A stretch of DNA of 64,000 bases. Source: Selaginella moellendorffii (lineage: Eukaryota > Plantae > Lycopodiophyta). Positions 24,076 through 37,800 of the stretch are shown piece by piece; positions within the stretch are counted from its first letter, which is position 1; each line of letters begins with the position of its first letter. Location of the stretch: positions 3,295,710-3,359,709 of the forward strand of contig NW_003314264.1 of the NCBI RefSeq assembly GCF_000143415.4, written 5' to 3'. A program made the position numbers and the translations under genes. The notes beneath the pieces are model-generated. The model did not search any database and had not been told where the DNA came from. It worked only from the letters and a program-made list of their open reading frames with translations.

Positions 24076-26270
24076 TATAGGCATAAAAGTCATTTATAGG
24101 GCTAACAAGTCCTCAAGTCGGGAATAAAACTTATAAAGGCTGTGAATGAAACTCCTTTAAGTGGTCAAAGATGAGGTTAAGTGACTAAAATAGAATGAAA
24201 AACTTAGTTACTTACATCTAAATAATTCTCCAAGGGTATTCTTCAATACCACTAAATTTTTATTTTATATATACAAGGCTACTACAAACCACTTGAACAA
24301 ATCCATCCCAAAAATCATATTAAATCCCATAATGTCCAAAATAGTAAAATCCATATCAACTTTTCACGTTCTTATTTCAATTCATACTTGTCAAATGTAA
24401 TGCACCTTATCTTTTTCCCCTTATAACAATTATAAAAAAAAGAAATTAAGCAAAAGAAAACTAATAAACCAAGCTAATTATGTTTGGTTATATAGATATT
24501 TAAGAATTCCTTCTTTATGCTCATTTAACCAAGTACAAATGCTAAGTCAAGTTTACTAACACTTGAAGAAAAGGGATTGATAAAAGGTTTAGCAATATTG
24601 ACCTCTTTTGGAAACTTTGAAAATTTTGTCATTGGAAACTTTGAGGGATAAATGGGGATAAAATAGTCACTAAAGGCTCTTTTATCAAACTAAAGTTTTT
24701 AAATTTCTTGCTATTTAGTAGAAAAAGATACATTTGGCAAACCTTTCAATAATAAATCTTCTAGAATGAGATTACTGACAGTGTGGTTCATTTAAATATT
24801 CTTCAATGGTCACATCTTCATCCTTTATATTTTCTCCCTAATTCAGATTGCTGCTAAATATTAGTGAGTTTGAGAGGCTTTGACTACCTAGTATTGGCTG
24901 GGCAATTACTAGTCATAATAGGAGCACAGCCTAAACCTTGGAAGACATGCTTTCAGGAAATATTAGGTGGAAGGGCATTATTGCTTGCTTAGTTCACAGC
25001 TAGCACAAGTAGTGGCTGGTGGATCAAAAGCGCAAGTGAGCTAAGCACTTGGTGATGTCCCAAGCCATTTACTTTTCCGAGTGGCTCTTTCTCCTTGATA
25101 CAGAAAATCCTTGGGGAGTACTAATCTTAATTCCACTCTGGAATGAAAACCCAGTAAATATGACACATGTGACATGTATGTCAAGGAAGTGGGGCAAAAG
25201 GGATTGACACGCTTGCTCTTCTCTCGTGCTGCAACCAAGCATGGAGTGTGCTATGAGTTTGCATCCTGGACTCCAGCGTGGAGCTCTCCATGGGGATCCA
25301 TCTACCGAATCATCCATGGGGAAGCCAAGAGCAGGGTTGCTGCTGTGATCTATCAGAAGGCACATTGGATTCAGCAAAAGTGACAATAGATACTCATCAA
25401 CTTTGTCATACATTGCAGGTTTTTTTTTCTAGAACTGCATTCAAAAATTGCTTTGAAAATATTCCTACTAATGAATTCAAAGCAAAGTAGATTTTTTCTC
25501 TCTCACTCACCATTTTGGTAAATTCTCTGTGTTAATAGATACTACATTGGCTATGCTGGATGTAAAGCTATGCCGAGTTAGTAGTAGCTACTTTACTGTG
25601 AGAACATCATTTCAAGATGCAAGAATGAAGTTGGTTTTCGAGAGTTGGCAAGTTCTACCACAAACTTTATGAGACACATTTGTATGGTGCTAAAGGAATT
25701 AAAAAGGAAAAAAGTATGCTAATGGATAATTGCTATTAGGGGATCGATATTTTTTCGTTTTACCCCTTATTTAAAACTCATGGGTTGACATGGTTTTTTA
25801 CTATCGTGGCAAAAACTGGTGGTCGTGAGTCCTCACAATCATCTTCGGGTGGGTTCGAGATCACTTGCACAACATTGGATAACCTTAGTTTAGTTAAACC
25901 ACAAATCACTGAGCCTTAAGCAAAGCGTTAGCATATTTCAACAATCTATTCTATCAGTGCCGCGAGATTTTCCGACGATAGCCACTGTAAGATCACACGA
26001 TGGTTAATTCCGCAGAAGAGAGTCGAGTCAACATTACCGGAAAAGAAAAACGCTTGAGAGTCCATACGAGTTCTCCTCCTCCATTTTCTCATTGACTTGA
26101 CCTGAAACAACGAAAGAGATGAAAACTTGCCTTTACGGAAAGCATACCTTTATGCATGTTAGATCGTCCCTCGCGCTTCTCCTAGCTAGACTCTCAACAA
26201 AGGAACTCTAAGAAATCCACACTTAGAAGACAATCATACAAGAGCATGAAAGTCTTACTTTGATCGAAGC

Positions 26271-29200
26271 TCACATATCATCCACGTACTGGATCTCTCC
26301 CATGAGCATTCGGTTGCTCGCGACGCTAAATCCCAGAAGAGACGGGTCCACTATCTTCTTGCCTTTCTTTGTTTTCTTCTTGGAAACAGTCTGACTGCCT
26401 CCCTCGACTTTGGCATCGCTTTTAAGCCCGCTGTTGAATACTTGGAGCATCTGCGGTGTCATGAGCTCCCGACACCGTAAGAATTCGCCTTTGAAAGCCT
26501 GGGCGTCGGAGCTTTCTCCAAGATACTGAGTCAGGGAACGCTCCGCCTCAAGCACGGACGGGAGCGAAACACAGTAATCAAGCTGCCTCATATCTTCAAC
26601 CACACAAAGAAAGAAAGCGATCAGATTCCATGTATCAGAAAGCCCAAGCACGTACCACTGCTGCCAGTAAGTTCCTTGATTTGTGTCTCACACCAGCTTC
26701 GAAAGGACTTTACATCAGCAGCCGTGAGAAGACTTTGTGGAGCGAGGGGCATCACAGAGCCTGCATCTCAAGTTTAAGAAAACAGAATCACCTCAACCGA
26801 GAGATTACCTTGCTGGTTGCTCGGAACTAATCCGTTCGAAACAATATCTACAAGACTGTCCACAAGCAGCGGTTAGAAACCAGCTAGGACTAAAAAAGAG
26901 GAACACTTACTCAGGTTTTACATTCGTTGGCGCTGACGTATTCTCACTAGTTAAGAAATCCTGTATCCCTGTGTGAACTCTGCTTTGTGAGGCGTCAGCT
27001 TGCAAAGGTCTGGTGGATGACATTTGCATACCGTTCTCGAGCTTCCCAGCTTGCGTGCTAGACAAGTCCACGGGAGTCGCTAGCTTCATCTTTCTGTTCT
27101 CCACCTCTCTAACAGGCGCATGAAAACCATCAGACACGAAGCCATCATAGGAAGGAAAACTACCAGATAGGAACCCCTTTTGCACTTCAACTCCCTGTTG
27201 ATTCAGAGGCGCTGAGTGCTTCAAGTAGCTGTCTGGCATACTAGCAGGGATGTTGTTACTGAACACTCCATTGTGCTGCAGTCCACCCCGCCACTTGAAG
27301 TTTTCAGGCTCTGCCGTGTTATTCCAGAGTGATGGCTGCAGCTCACGTTCTATTGATACTTTTCTTTCGTGAAGTTGCTGGTTCCTCATTAGCTGCTGAA
27401 GCATGTACTCCTGAGATGACAAGCCCTGACGATCCATCTTATGGTTGTGTACCACCTGATCCGCTATTCCCAAACCCAGCGAAGCCTGATTGCGCTCTAA
27501 GCTCTTCAAATACTGCTCTTGCATCATCTGCTCTTCCCATGACGGTATCCGAGAGGATGGATTTCCTGCCCCTGATATGATAGCCTGAAGTGCCTCCTTT
27601 GTTAAACCTTGATGAACTTCATTCCTTGGTTGCGGAAAAAAATTCTCGCTGGAGACCCTCTGCAACCCCGCAAGCGTCTGGAGTTCCAGCTGCTCAAGAC
27701 GATCGCGCTCTTCGAAACCATGGCCAGGAAGACGATCGTCTCGAGCATATAATGCCGGCAAACTGGACTGATGCTGCAGTCTAGGCTGGTGCATGTTATC
27801 CATAACTCGCATCGGATATCCTGAATCGTCAACCTTCCAGACTCCAGATATACGCCTCTCCGGAAAGTTTTGAGGTGCACTCAGGAGTCTACTGAGCTCA
27901 CGCTCTTGCTGTTTCTGCTGCAAAAGGTGCATAAGAACATCTTGTTGATGTCTCGACTGCATGAGCTGAAGATACTGATCGGACAGCGAGTTTATCAGCC
28001 TCTCTTCCTGTTGTTGCATGATCTGCTTCTCGATGCCATAAAGTCCGGGATGGACTTGTTGCTGTTCGTACTGATACGGAAGCTGTTCCATTAGGAGTTG
28101 CTCGCGTCGAAGAGGGTCCATAATAAAGTCCGACATAGAGCGCTGTAAGTTTTTGGTGTGAAGAGGAGAGTGATCTGATACAGCTCCGGGTTGCATGTGG
28201 AAGTCGAGGGATGACTGCTGTACTTGTTGCCTGGCGAGGGCTTGGGCTTGCTGTTGACGCGCGAGCTCAAGCTCTTCCAGCTCGTGGACAAACGACCGTG
28301 GAGGTTTCTCCATTTGCATAAAAGGCTGGACAAGGTGTTCATCCTTTCGACCAGCAGCGACAATGCTGTCGTCTGGAAGTGAACCCGGCACTTGAGGATG
28401 AAGAAACGAAGATAATAGCTGCCCAGAAACCTCCGTCTGACTAGCGATCGTCTTTTGTTTATCAGCATTGTCTTTACGCTCGTCTGCTAGATAAAATGGC
28501 CTAATATCAGAGAAGCCAGATCCTGAAAATAGAGAAGTACCTCTTGCTGTCTCGATAACTGTTGTTCGCTCGGTAGTTTGAACAAGTTGCGGCATGACGC
28601 TCCCGAGAGGAATAAAAGGACTGCCTTCTGGAGCAGAAGCGTCTCGCACGAGTAGATCCGGCCCAAAATAACCCGCCTCGTACCACTGAAGGATGTCACC
28701 ACTTGAGAAAGGGCCTTGAACATCTCCTTGCGGATCCACATATAAAAGTTTTAACGTCTCAGGCTCAGGCGGCACAACTTGCTTTTCCTTCTCCGCTACA
28801 TCAACCTGCTGTAATTTAATATCCTCAGCGAAAGTTTCTAAAGGAGGCTCGACGTGTTTCACTTCATCGGTGATCTCAGTTGGCGAAGAATATTCAGTAA
28901 TAGAGGTATCGATAGTGTCGATTTTCTCAACCACCAGCTTCTCTTCATCTGTAACGAGTTTTTATTGTAGAATTCGTATTTGCAAACTTGTGAGCCTACC
29001 TGGAAGGACAGAATCCATTCTCGACGTAGCCTCAGAAAGCCTCTTACTTCTACCATTCGAACTGATGCTGCTCACAGTTTTACCCTTCCAAATGCTTTCC
29101 AAAACAAGCTGAAACAGCAAGACAAAAGTTAGGAAACGTAAATTCTTAGCTGAACGAACCTGTTCCTCGGGATTTGGAGTAACAAAAGCCAAAGGATCCA

Positions 29201-29994
29201 TTGGGGAAGACTCAGAAACCTCCGACACATCTGGGCTAAGTTCCTTCTCGGTAAACCCAGAGGCTCCGCCACACTTCCGATATATATCCAGCAACTTGGC
29301 TCTTGGATACTTGAAAGAGTTACCTGGCTTCTCAACGGTTGGTGGAGGAGCCCCAATGTGTCCTCCACTCAACGCAGCACTGTAAGACCCAAGAGTAGTA
29401 CCACTCGCTCTTCCACGACCAGCAGCAAAGCCAACAGACCCTACTCCCCGGCCTCGGCCAGCACCAAATCCTGGAGCAGACTTTGGTAGAGCAGAGGGCG
29501 CGGGCGAACGACCTGCCAGCCACTTCTCTCGACGAAACTCCTTCTCTTTGTCGTCCGGACCCCATCGGTTGCTCCACTTTCCATCTCGTCTCGAGTCAAA
29601 AGCATCCCGATCACGATTGACAGGCTCCACCCAGCGATCTCTGCGAGTTCCTACAGTTTCCCGTTCGTCTTCCCGCCAGCGCTCACGATCCGGCGTTCCA
29701 ATGCCAGGAGATAAAGTTCGCCACCAATCTTTCTTCTTGTCCCCATCCCCACGCTTGGAATCCGGGTCACCTCCTTTCGGAGTGGACGGAAGTTCCTGAG
29801 AACAAGTAAATAGTGTGTGAATTCTACTGGCAAAAAAATCAAAAGAGCTCACCGCGGGGAGCTTTGTATCACCATGCTTGGCAGACAACCACTGCGGCGA
29901 CAGTGGAACTGTAGAAATTGATGTGTAAAGTCAGAACAAACTGGATCTAGAATACGAGGCGCATACCAGCATGCTTGTAGCTATCGTCCATCAT
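26271..29994 (-). CDS. EXA1: GYF-domain protein, EXA1/GIGYF-like (multi-exon)
   Basis: N-terminal VPLSPQWL after the first intron (29966-29909), eIF4E-type motif YPRAKLL (YxxxxL-phi), GYF domain [24 protein letters not shown]-rich middle, C-terminal [24 protein letters not shown]. Confidence 0.9.
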
Positions 29995-30364
29995 CGTAGC
30001 GCGAGAATTTCCAGAGCAATCCACCGATTTCGCTTCCAATTGCTCGCAAACCCTAAACCCTATGACATTCTGGGCGAGGATCAAGAAGCCCTAGCTCCGG
30101 CTCCAAACCCTATCGCCTCGATCGATTCCTACAACAGCGCGCGCGCCCAGCGCAAACCCTATGTCACGCGCAATGGATCGCGGAGAGAAATTCTTCGCTA
30201 TCTCCACCACCGGGCGCTCAACGCTCGCAGACAGGCAATCCCGAGAATCAGATACCCTACAGGCGATCGCTGAGAAACGGGACCATAGAATAAGGGCATA
30301 TTCACTCCGGGAAGTAAAATCTTTTGAAAGATGCTGACCTAATTCTCGCCGCCTCTTCTTTGAT
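29995..30364. promoter_or_regulatory. Bidirectional promoter between the EXA1-like and PPR genes, with telo-boxes
   Basis: 370-bp head-to-head spacer with AAACCCTA motifs at about 30048-30062, 30105 and 30154. Confidence 0.55.
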
Positions 30365-32311
30365 ATGAATGGGGCGCTAGCGCAAAGCGTTCGTCCTAGA
30401 ACTCATTGCCTCGATCTAATCCAGTCCTGCGACACCCTTCTAGAGGCTCGAGCTATCCATTCTCGCGTAAATTCTTCGATCGATCCCAGAGACGTCTTCG
30501 TTTTTAACAAGCTCATCGAGCTATACGGGAAATGCCGGAGCTGGGAAAGCGCTCGAGGAGTCTTTGATTCCATTCCCCCAAATTCCAAGGATCTCTTCTC
30601 CTGGGACTTGATGCTAATTTCCTACACACGAAATGGGCAGCTCGACCACGCTAGCCGCTTCTTATCTTCCCAGATGCCTTTCCATAGTCTCATCTCTTGG
30701 AACTTGATGCTCTCGGCATATGCTCAGGCTCGGAATATCGACGAAGCACAGCTCCTGTTCACTCAAATGCCCGAGAAGAATCTTATCTCGTGGAATGCCA
30801 TGCTCATGGTATATGCCCAAAGTGGGCATCTACAAACCTCCATTCTGCTCTTCGAAGAGATGCCAGTGAGAAGCCTCGTGTCGTGGAATTCACTTCTAAC
30901 GGGATATTCCCAAAATGGGAATCTAGCCCAGTGTAGGGAGCTCTTTGATTGCCAGCCAGAGCACAACGTCCTCTCCTCTACCATCATGCTAACAGCATAT
31001 GCTCAGGACGGGCATGTTGAGCTCGCCATGCGTGTATTCTCTCAAATGGAGGAACGGAATCTCATCTCCTACACGGCCATTCTCGTCGCACATACCCAGC
31101 TCGGCTCCACCCAAGATGCCGAGAGATTCTTCTTCGATTTTATGCCGGAATGGGACTTGGTGTCCACCACCACGATGATCACCGAGTTTGGCAACTATGG
31201 AAGACTCGAAGAGGCACAAAATCTCTTCGAGGCTCTGCCCGAGCAAAACCTCGTCTCGGAAACCGCGATGCTGGCGGCGTATTCCCAGAACGGAAGCTTG
31301 GAACAGGCAAGGAATCTTTTCGAGTGGTCGATGCAGCAGTGGGATCACATCTCCTTGAGTGCCATGCTCTCGGCCTACGCGCACAATGGATACTTGGAGG
31401 ATGCCCAGGGGATATTTGATCGGATGGAGCACCTCAGCCTCACGGCGTGCAATGCGATGCTCACGGCACACGCTCAGAACGGAAATCTCGAGCGAGCAAG
31501 GCAGATTTTCGACGAGATGGGCAGTAAAAATCTGGTGTCGTGGAACGCAATTCTATCAGCATATGGCCAATGCTTCCATCTTGACGAGGCAAGAGTTGTG
31601 TTTGATTCAATGCCAGAACACGATATGATATCGTGGAATTCAATTTTGTCCGCAACGGCACAACACGGTAATATGCATGATGCAGAGTATTTGTTTGTGA
31701 AGCTTCCATATCAAACGTCGCTGTCTTGGAACACCATGATCACTGCAAATGCCCAAGTCGGGCATCTTCTTGAAACGAGGAAAATGTTTGACGAGATGTG
31801 GGAGAGAAATGTTCTTTCGTGGACGGCGGTGTTGACTGCTCACTTCCACCATGGTCAATCAGACGAAGCTCTCCTTGTGTTTGACTCCATGAAACTGGAC
31901 GATGTAGTACCAGACGAGATTTGCTTTGTGCTCGTCCTGCTAGCTTGCAGCCACGCAGGGAAAGTCTTCCTGGGGCGATGTTACTTCCAGTCGATGATGG
32001 CGGATTTCGGAATCCAGCCCTCTAAGCAGCACTACTGCTGCGTCCTAGACATGCTTGCGCGATCCGGGCATTTAAGCGAGGCTAGAGATCTCATCGAAGC
32101 CATGCCTTTCAAGGCGGATGCCTCGGACTGGAGGTGTTTGCTAGGAGCTAGCAGGAGTTACAGCAATCTCCACGTTGGGGCCGACGCTGCCAAGACGATC
32201 CTCGGCTTGAATCCGCAGGACTCGGCCTCTTACGTGCTCCTCGCAAACATGTATCGAGAACGGGAAGAAAATTCCGCCAGCGATTCAGCCCAAGTAAACG
32301 CACCCGACTGA
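30365..32311 (+). CDS. PLS-class PPR protein, E subgroup (no DYW); likely organellar RNA-editing factor
   Basis: Intronless 648-aa ORF of tandem ~31-aa repeats (SWNxMLxAYAQxG...A..LF..MPExN), ending with HYCCVLDMLARSG, WRCLLGAS and ASYVLLANMY. Confidence 0.93.
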   Translation: MNGALAQSVRPRTHCLDLIQSCDTLLEARAIHSRVNSSIDPRDVFVFNKLIELYGKCRSWESARGVFDSIPPNSKDLFSWDLMLISYTRNGQLDHASRFLSSQMPFHSLISWNLMLSAYAQARNIDEAQLLFTQMPEKNLISWNAMLMVYAQSGHLQTSILLFEEMPVRSLVSWNSLLTGYSQNGNLAQCRELFDCQPEHNVLSSTIMLTAYAQDGHVELAMRVFSQMEERNLISYTAILVAHTQLGSTQDAERFFFDFMPEWDLVSTTTMITEFGNYGRLEEAQNLFEALPEQNLVSETAMLAAYSQNGSLEQARNLFEWSMQQWDHISLSAMLSAYAHNGYLEDAQGIFDRMEHLSLTACNAMLTAHAQNGNLERARQIFDEMGSKNLVSWNAILSAYGQCFHLDEARVVFDSMPEHDMISWNSILSATAQHGNMHDAEYLFVKLPYQTSLSWNTMITANAQVGHLLETRKMFDEMWERNVLSWTAVLTAHFHHGQSDEALLVFDSMKLDDVVPDEICFVLVLLACSHAGKVFLGRCYFQSMMADFGIQPSKQHYCCVLDMLARSGHLSEARDLIEAMPFKADASDWRCLLGASRSYSNLHVGADAAKTILGLNPQDSASYVLLANMYREREENSASDSAQVNAPD

Positions 32312-33120
32312 GCTCTCCGCCTCAATCTCGAGAACCGACCGTGACGCTTGAGCAGCTCCACGATCCATGCCTTTGCTTGCTTGCAAGCTTGCAAGAAGCT
32401 CGTCCTCACGGACGCGGGACGAAAGGCATGGTCGCGATGAGCTCCTCCGAGTCTCGCAATCTGCCGGATCGCGCGAGCGCGTCCACCATGCAGCTGTAGT
32501 GCTGCTTGGACCCTCGCAGCACAAAGTCACCGATCATCGAAACGAGGCAGCATTGCCCATCCTCGGTTTTTCCTCGGCTGCAAGCGATCAAGGCCGACAC
32601 GAAGCACACTTCGTCCACCATATCCAGCAGCTTCATCTCTCCAAACACGTCGATGGCTTCGCGGTAGCGGCCATTGCGAGCGTTGGCTGCAAGAACAGCG
32701 GCCCAGGTCACCATTCCTCGATCTGGCAGCGTCTCAAAGATGAGGTTTGCTCACAGTTGTGAGCGTAAGCCGTGAGCATTGCGTTCCACGAGACTCTGTC
32801 CCGCTCGGGCATGCTGGAAAAGAGGAGCCTGGCTTCGGTGACATGCCCGTTCTGGGCATACCGGGAGAGCATCACACATTATCTTGGTGTCATGCAATCA
32901 TCCAGCACAAGATCATGGCCGGGAATGGACTCCGCGGCTTCTTCAAGCTGGGATCTGGGAATAGGCTGTGAGAATCGTGGTCGCCGAGACGATGTTCCGC
33001 TCTGGCATTCGATAGAACAGCTCCCCAGCTTCGTGTGGGCGAAGCCCGAGAGGAGAGTTCCATGAGATTAGATCCCTCTGCCGCATTCGATCAAACAAAT
33101 GCTTGCTCTCGTCCCCTGTG
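32300..33120 (-). pseudogene. PPR (PLS-E) pseudogene, tail-to-tail with the intact PPR
   Basis: [24 protein letters not shown] and HYSCMVDALARSG are present; upstream repeats are frameshifted and deleted. Confidence 0.8.
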
Positions 33121-34359
33121 AATCGCGACTAAACCGGGAGAAGACGCCAGGCGATGGACGGGAGGATCGAAAGATAGAACAGTTAAAAGGCACGATTCAA
33201 ATCACGCGCATCACGCAATTGGTCGCGAGTTCGAACCTCGCTGAAACCAGCAATATCTTTTCAGAGTGCCAATAGACTTCCTTGCGTTGGTGTGAGACTA
33301 TGTTGTTTGATGACTCACATTTGCTCACAATCGCTATTTTGATGGTTTTATTTAAGAAAATTTTATTCCTGTTTGAGGCATTCCGGCAAATGCCCTCGAA
33401 TGGCACTTTGACGAGCATAGCACAAAATGGCTCTTTACACCTTTACCGATAAAATGCCGGTACGTATTTAAATTTGAGGGCTCCTCCCAAGCTCATATCT
33501 TTGTGGACGGGATGAGGAAGAGGGAGGTGGTGTGCGCGCTGGAAGGTTGGATTTCTCTCTCTATTCAATGCTCAATTCTCTCCCTGCGATGGATTGCTCT
33601 TCACTCCTCCCTCTTGCCGAAGCTCGATAATCTTTCTATCAGGAGATTCTTGCCTTCGCTTGGCCGATTGGCTTGCGTATAGACTGTGTTGGCTTCAGAT
33701 CAGACGCTGTGGCTGGCGATGGAGATACCCCGGAGATGGAGATTGGATCTCATCGCCTAGGTGTGTTTCCTAGGCAGAAAAAGTGAAGTAGTCCTCATCC
33801 CATGTTTAGCGTCTTCTATACAGGATATATCATGAGAGCTTTCGAGACTTTGTGATCGAATTGCCTAGAACAACTTACAACCAGTAGCTCCTGCTCGATG
33901 GTGGCTGACACTAAACAGGATTCATTATATATTTTCTTTCCTTTTTCACTTTATAGTGTCATCCATGTGGTACGATAGTTGCTCCTTTGTAACTTCTCGA
34001 CAATGTGTTGTCCAACTTCGTTAACTCAATGGTCGCCTTTTAACACCAGCTTAATATCTAGTTTCTCATATATGAAGAGGCTACAAGGGTCAAGGCTTCT
34101 TTGGATCACAAGGTTAGTTTCAAGTGTGGGAAAAGCTTGATGTGCTGTACTTTCATCTATCATTGTTTTGCACGTGCCCAAAGACAAAGTTCAACTAGGA
34201 ATTTAGGATTGGCTTAACTAAATCAGGTTGGTTAGCCAAGCTCTCTAGTTCTGCATACTTTCTTTCTCATTCAGTTCACACGTCCTCTTTAACTAAAGCA
34301 TCAAACCCTTCTCAAATGCTTTCTTTTTTGACTCGTCCCCAAGCTGCCTTCACCTAACA

Positions 34360-34520
34360 AGTTATCTAGGAAAATATTTTGAAAGATGGAATGGCCCTAG
34401 TGATCAAGAGAAGGCAACAAAGAGTCAATATGGTATGGATTAGGTAGCTGCCGCTTGAGAAGCGAACCAGAGACTAACGATGGGCAAAGTGGTCCAGTCT
34501 CTCAAGATGGTGCAGCATAG
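34360..34520 (+). pseudogene. Receptor-like kinase C-terminal fragment
   Basis: Translates ...EANQRLTMGKVVQSLKMVQ, resembling kinase subdomain XI (RPTMGEVVQSLKMV) of plant RLKs; no intact ORF. Confidence 0.45.
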
Positions 34521-34834
34521 CAACCAGAGTGGATGTCAGGCAACGTTCAATACTCTTGAGCCCCTTCTCGTGCCAAACAAATTTAGGGTATAAAGCAGGC
34601 ACGGATAAGGGTAGTGAGCAAGCAATAGGCATGATCTGTGCTATGTTACATGAGGTAAGAGAGCAAGATCCAGGATTACAAAAGGATGTTAGTGATCACC
34701 ATTCATTGCTAAAGCCAAATGCTTAAGAAATTGAAGGCAATCAAGGTGCCATTGGAAAAGAGGCTTTGGTAATCTGGGCATTGGAGAAAGCTATGCCTAC
34801 GTGGAAATTAACTTTACCTTTGTTAAATAGGGCT

Positions 34835-37800
34835 TTTTATTTTTCAGCAAAACACCAAAAAACTGGGTGTGAAACCAGCAAAAAGCCTTTATTTAGAAGG
34901 GCTTATTATGGAAGTATCTATGGGGGTTACTCGTGAATTGGATCCCGAAGGTCTGCCTAGATATGTCACTTGAAACCATTCATCTAGTGGTGTCCACATC
35001 CATTCCCGAGTACTTGCCTCCCCTTGCTTCCATAAGAAATGCTAAATTTGTGCTTCTTTCTTAGCTTTTTTTAGCCTATTTCACCCTCCTCTCTTTTCCA
35101 GTTGTAAGACATAGGCTGCTGCTGTTATAATCATTCTAGTCCATACCCATGACACCACCATCTTTGGCTCTTCATGCTTGTTGCTAAAAATTCTGTTGCA
35201 TCCGGCTTTCCACACTTCCCATAACATAATTCCTTGTATTAAGTCCACTAACTTTGAGGATACTCCTTCTATATCTGTTTTTATTGTGTTGAGCTGATCA
35301 AACCATGGCATCCTTTCTCGTGTTGAGAACCATTTCCAAGAGTCTGTTCTATTTCATATTCCTACAATAGCTTCACCCCACACTGTCACTTCATACGTGA
35401 AGCACACTTGTCTTTGGGAATGTTATTGCAAAAACTAGCATGTGCTTCTCCACACATTTTGTACACTTTCACATTCCCAAAGTATGTGCCTTTGTGTCTC
35501 CCTTGCCCCACATTTATCACGGGATTGGTTTGCAAGATGTATATTTCGTTTAGATGATAGCCAATTTTGCATAATCAAGCACATAAGGTATCTTCTTTTT
35601 GTTGCCCATCTTCCTTTCCACAGCCCTTTTAATGCAGCCTGCTGTATCATGTCTTGTATGTTGGCTCACTTCATTCTTGATACCAGTAGTGAGTCACTAC
35701 TTGGCTGAATGAGTTGTTTTCCCAACTTTATCTCATGCGCAAAGAATTCTTCCTTTTTTTTTTCCTTGCTAGTTCCATTTCATTGGATCCTAGACCAACT
35801 TGCTTAATTTTTGTTGCCTAAACCAATACAGCCTAGCTACGAAACTTTTTGTTATTGTTGAATCTATCAATGTTATTTTCTTATCCATGCTTATTACCCG
35901 TATGGGCTTTACTTTTGATATGTCCAGTCTTATACTTTCCTCGGGCACTTTGTATGGTAGCAATCAACTGGCCACACCAACATTGAAAACAACACATTTA
36001 GCTTGATCTTGAGTTGCCATATATATTACCTTTTCATTGGCTATCCACCATATTGGTGTCATTTCTCTAACTTCCCTAACACTCTAATTGCAATACTTTC
36101 ATGCGTCATCAAAAGCCATTTCAAATTTTTTTAACTGGTGCATCAAGATTTCTAGACCATAAAAAGCTTTTAGCATGTCTCTATTTCTTTTTGTTTCTCC
36201 CACTTTTAGCATCGAGTTGGCCTCTACAAATGTTCTCCTCCCGGCACTGTGCACGTCCTTACATACTTTGTTTATTCCTCTGTCTCTTGTTTCTCCCAAG
36301 CATTTTCCTTTATATTGGAACTGTTTATTGAGAAATATTAGTTGTCGGTCAACTTTGTAATTGTTTGCCAATTTTCTTTTTCCCATCTTCCCTTTGAATT
36401 ATTTCTATAACTTGAATAGTTTCTTTGAGAATGTATTTGGTCTTGGCATTTTTAAGGTGCAGTTAGCAAAGTGCCACTTTTCATCTTTTCCCCAATTCTG
36501 CCTTCTATGTTCTAGTCTATCAAGGATGACCTTTAGCAATTGGTGGTACAATAGTAGTTTCCATGGCTGGTTTCTGGGCATATACATTCGATGGAAGACC
36601 TTGAATAATGGAGCCTTGCATTGCTCTTCTATATTAATTATATTTATCCCCCCATCCTTCTTTGCTTTTGTGACCAAGCTCCATCCAACCTTTGCCCCTC
36701 CTTTTGAAACTGTTACTTGTCCCTTCCATACATATGTCCTGATTAGCTTGTTCATATCTTTTAATGTTTTCTTGTCTAGGTTCCATGTTGCTGCCAGAAA
36801 CCATATTACCCCTAGCACAATATTGTTCGCCACTACACATTTTGCCGAGAAGGACAACTTTCATGATGCCCAGAATTTCAATTGATCTTTGAATTTGTCA
36901 ACTACTTTTTGATTCTGTGGGAGGGGGTCATAGTCCCGGCCCACTTGGAAACCTAGGTATCTTGTTGTTTCCCCTTGTTTCAGCCACTTGAAGTCCCACT
37001 CCTCTTCCCAGCTTGGCAGGTCTGAATTTGATAACCATATTCCCATTGATTTTCCCTAGTTTATTTTTGAGCCCGCTGCGAAGTTAAAAAAATCCAAATC
37101 CTCCTTGACCTTGCTCATGCTTTCCAGGGAGCCTGTTGCTATTATTCCTATGTCATCAGTATAGGCACTAGATTTCAACTAATTTTCTGCTGTCACTGCC
37201 ATATCTTGTAGTGAGTTTCTACACCCAGGTAAAACCAACCCTTCCGGCCCTTCCAATCTTGCTAGATAATGTGCTAACACATCTGCCACGAACAGAAACA
37301 AGAAAGGGGCAAAAGACACCCTTGTCTTACTGATTGTTGTAATTTAATTGTGTTCCCCACTGTCACATTTATTGTGACCTTGCTTGATGTGCCTTAATAT
37401 AAGGTGGCCATCCATCCTATGAACTTGATTGGAATGCCAATTCTCCTCATTGTAGCTTGTAAGAATTACTAGTCCACTCTATCGTAGGCTTTCTCATAAT
37501 CCAGAAGTATTATTGCCATCTTAGTCCTTGGTCCTTTACTTGTTCTTGTGTTAACAACACTATCAATATATTATCTATCAACTATCTTCCTTCTACAAAT
37601 CCATTTTGGGTGTCATGTATCGTTTTTGGTAGTATCGGTTGCAATCTTTTGGCTAAAGCATTAGCTATGATCTTGTAAAGCGTGTTCAACATCGAGATCG
37701 GTCTCCAGTTCTTGATTCGAGATGCATCCCCCCCTTTTTTGGGATGAGCGCAATAATTCTGTCGATTGCTCCTAGAGGCCATTTTCCCATTCTCATCACC

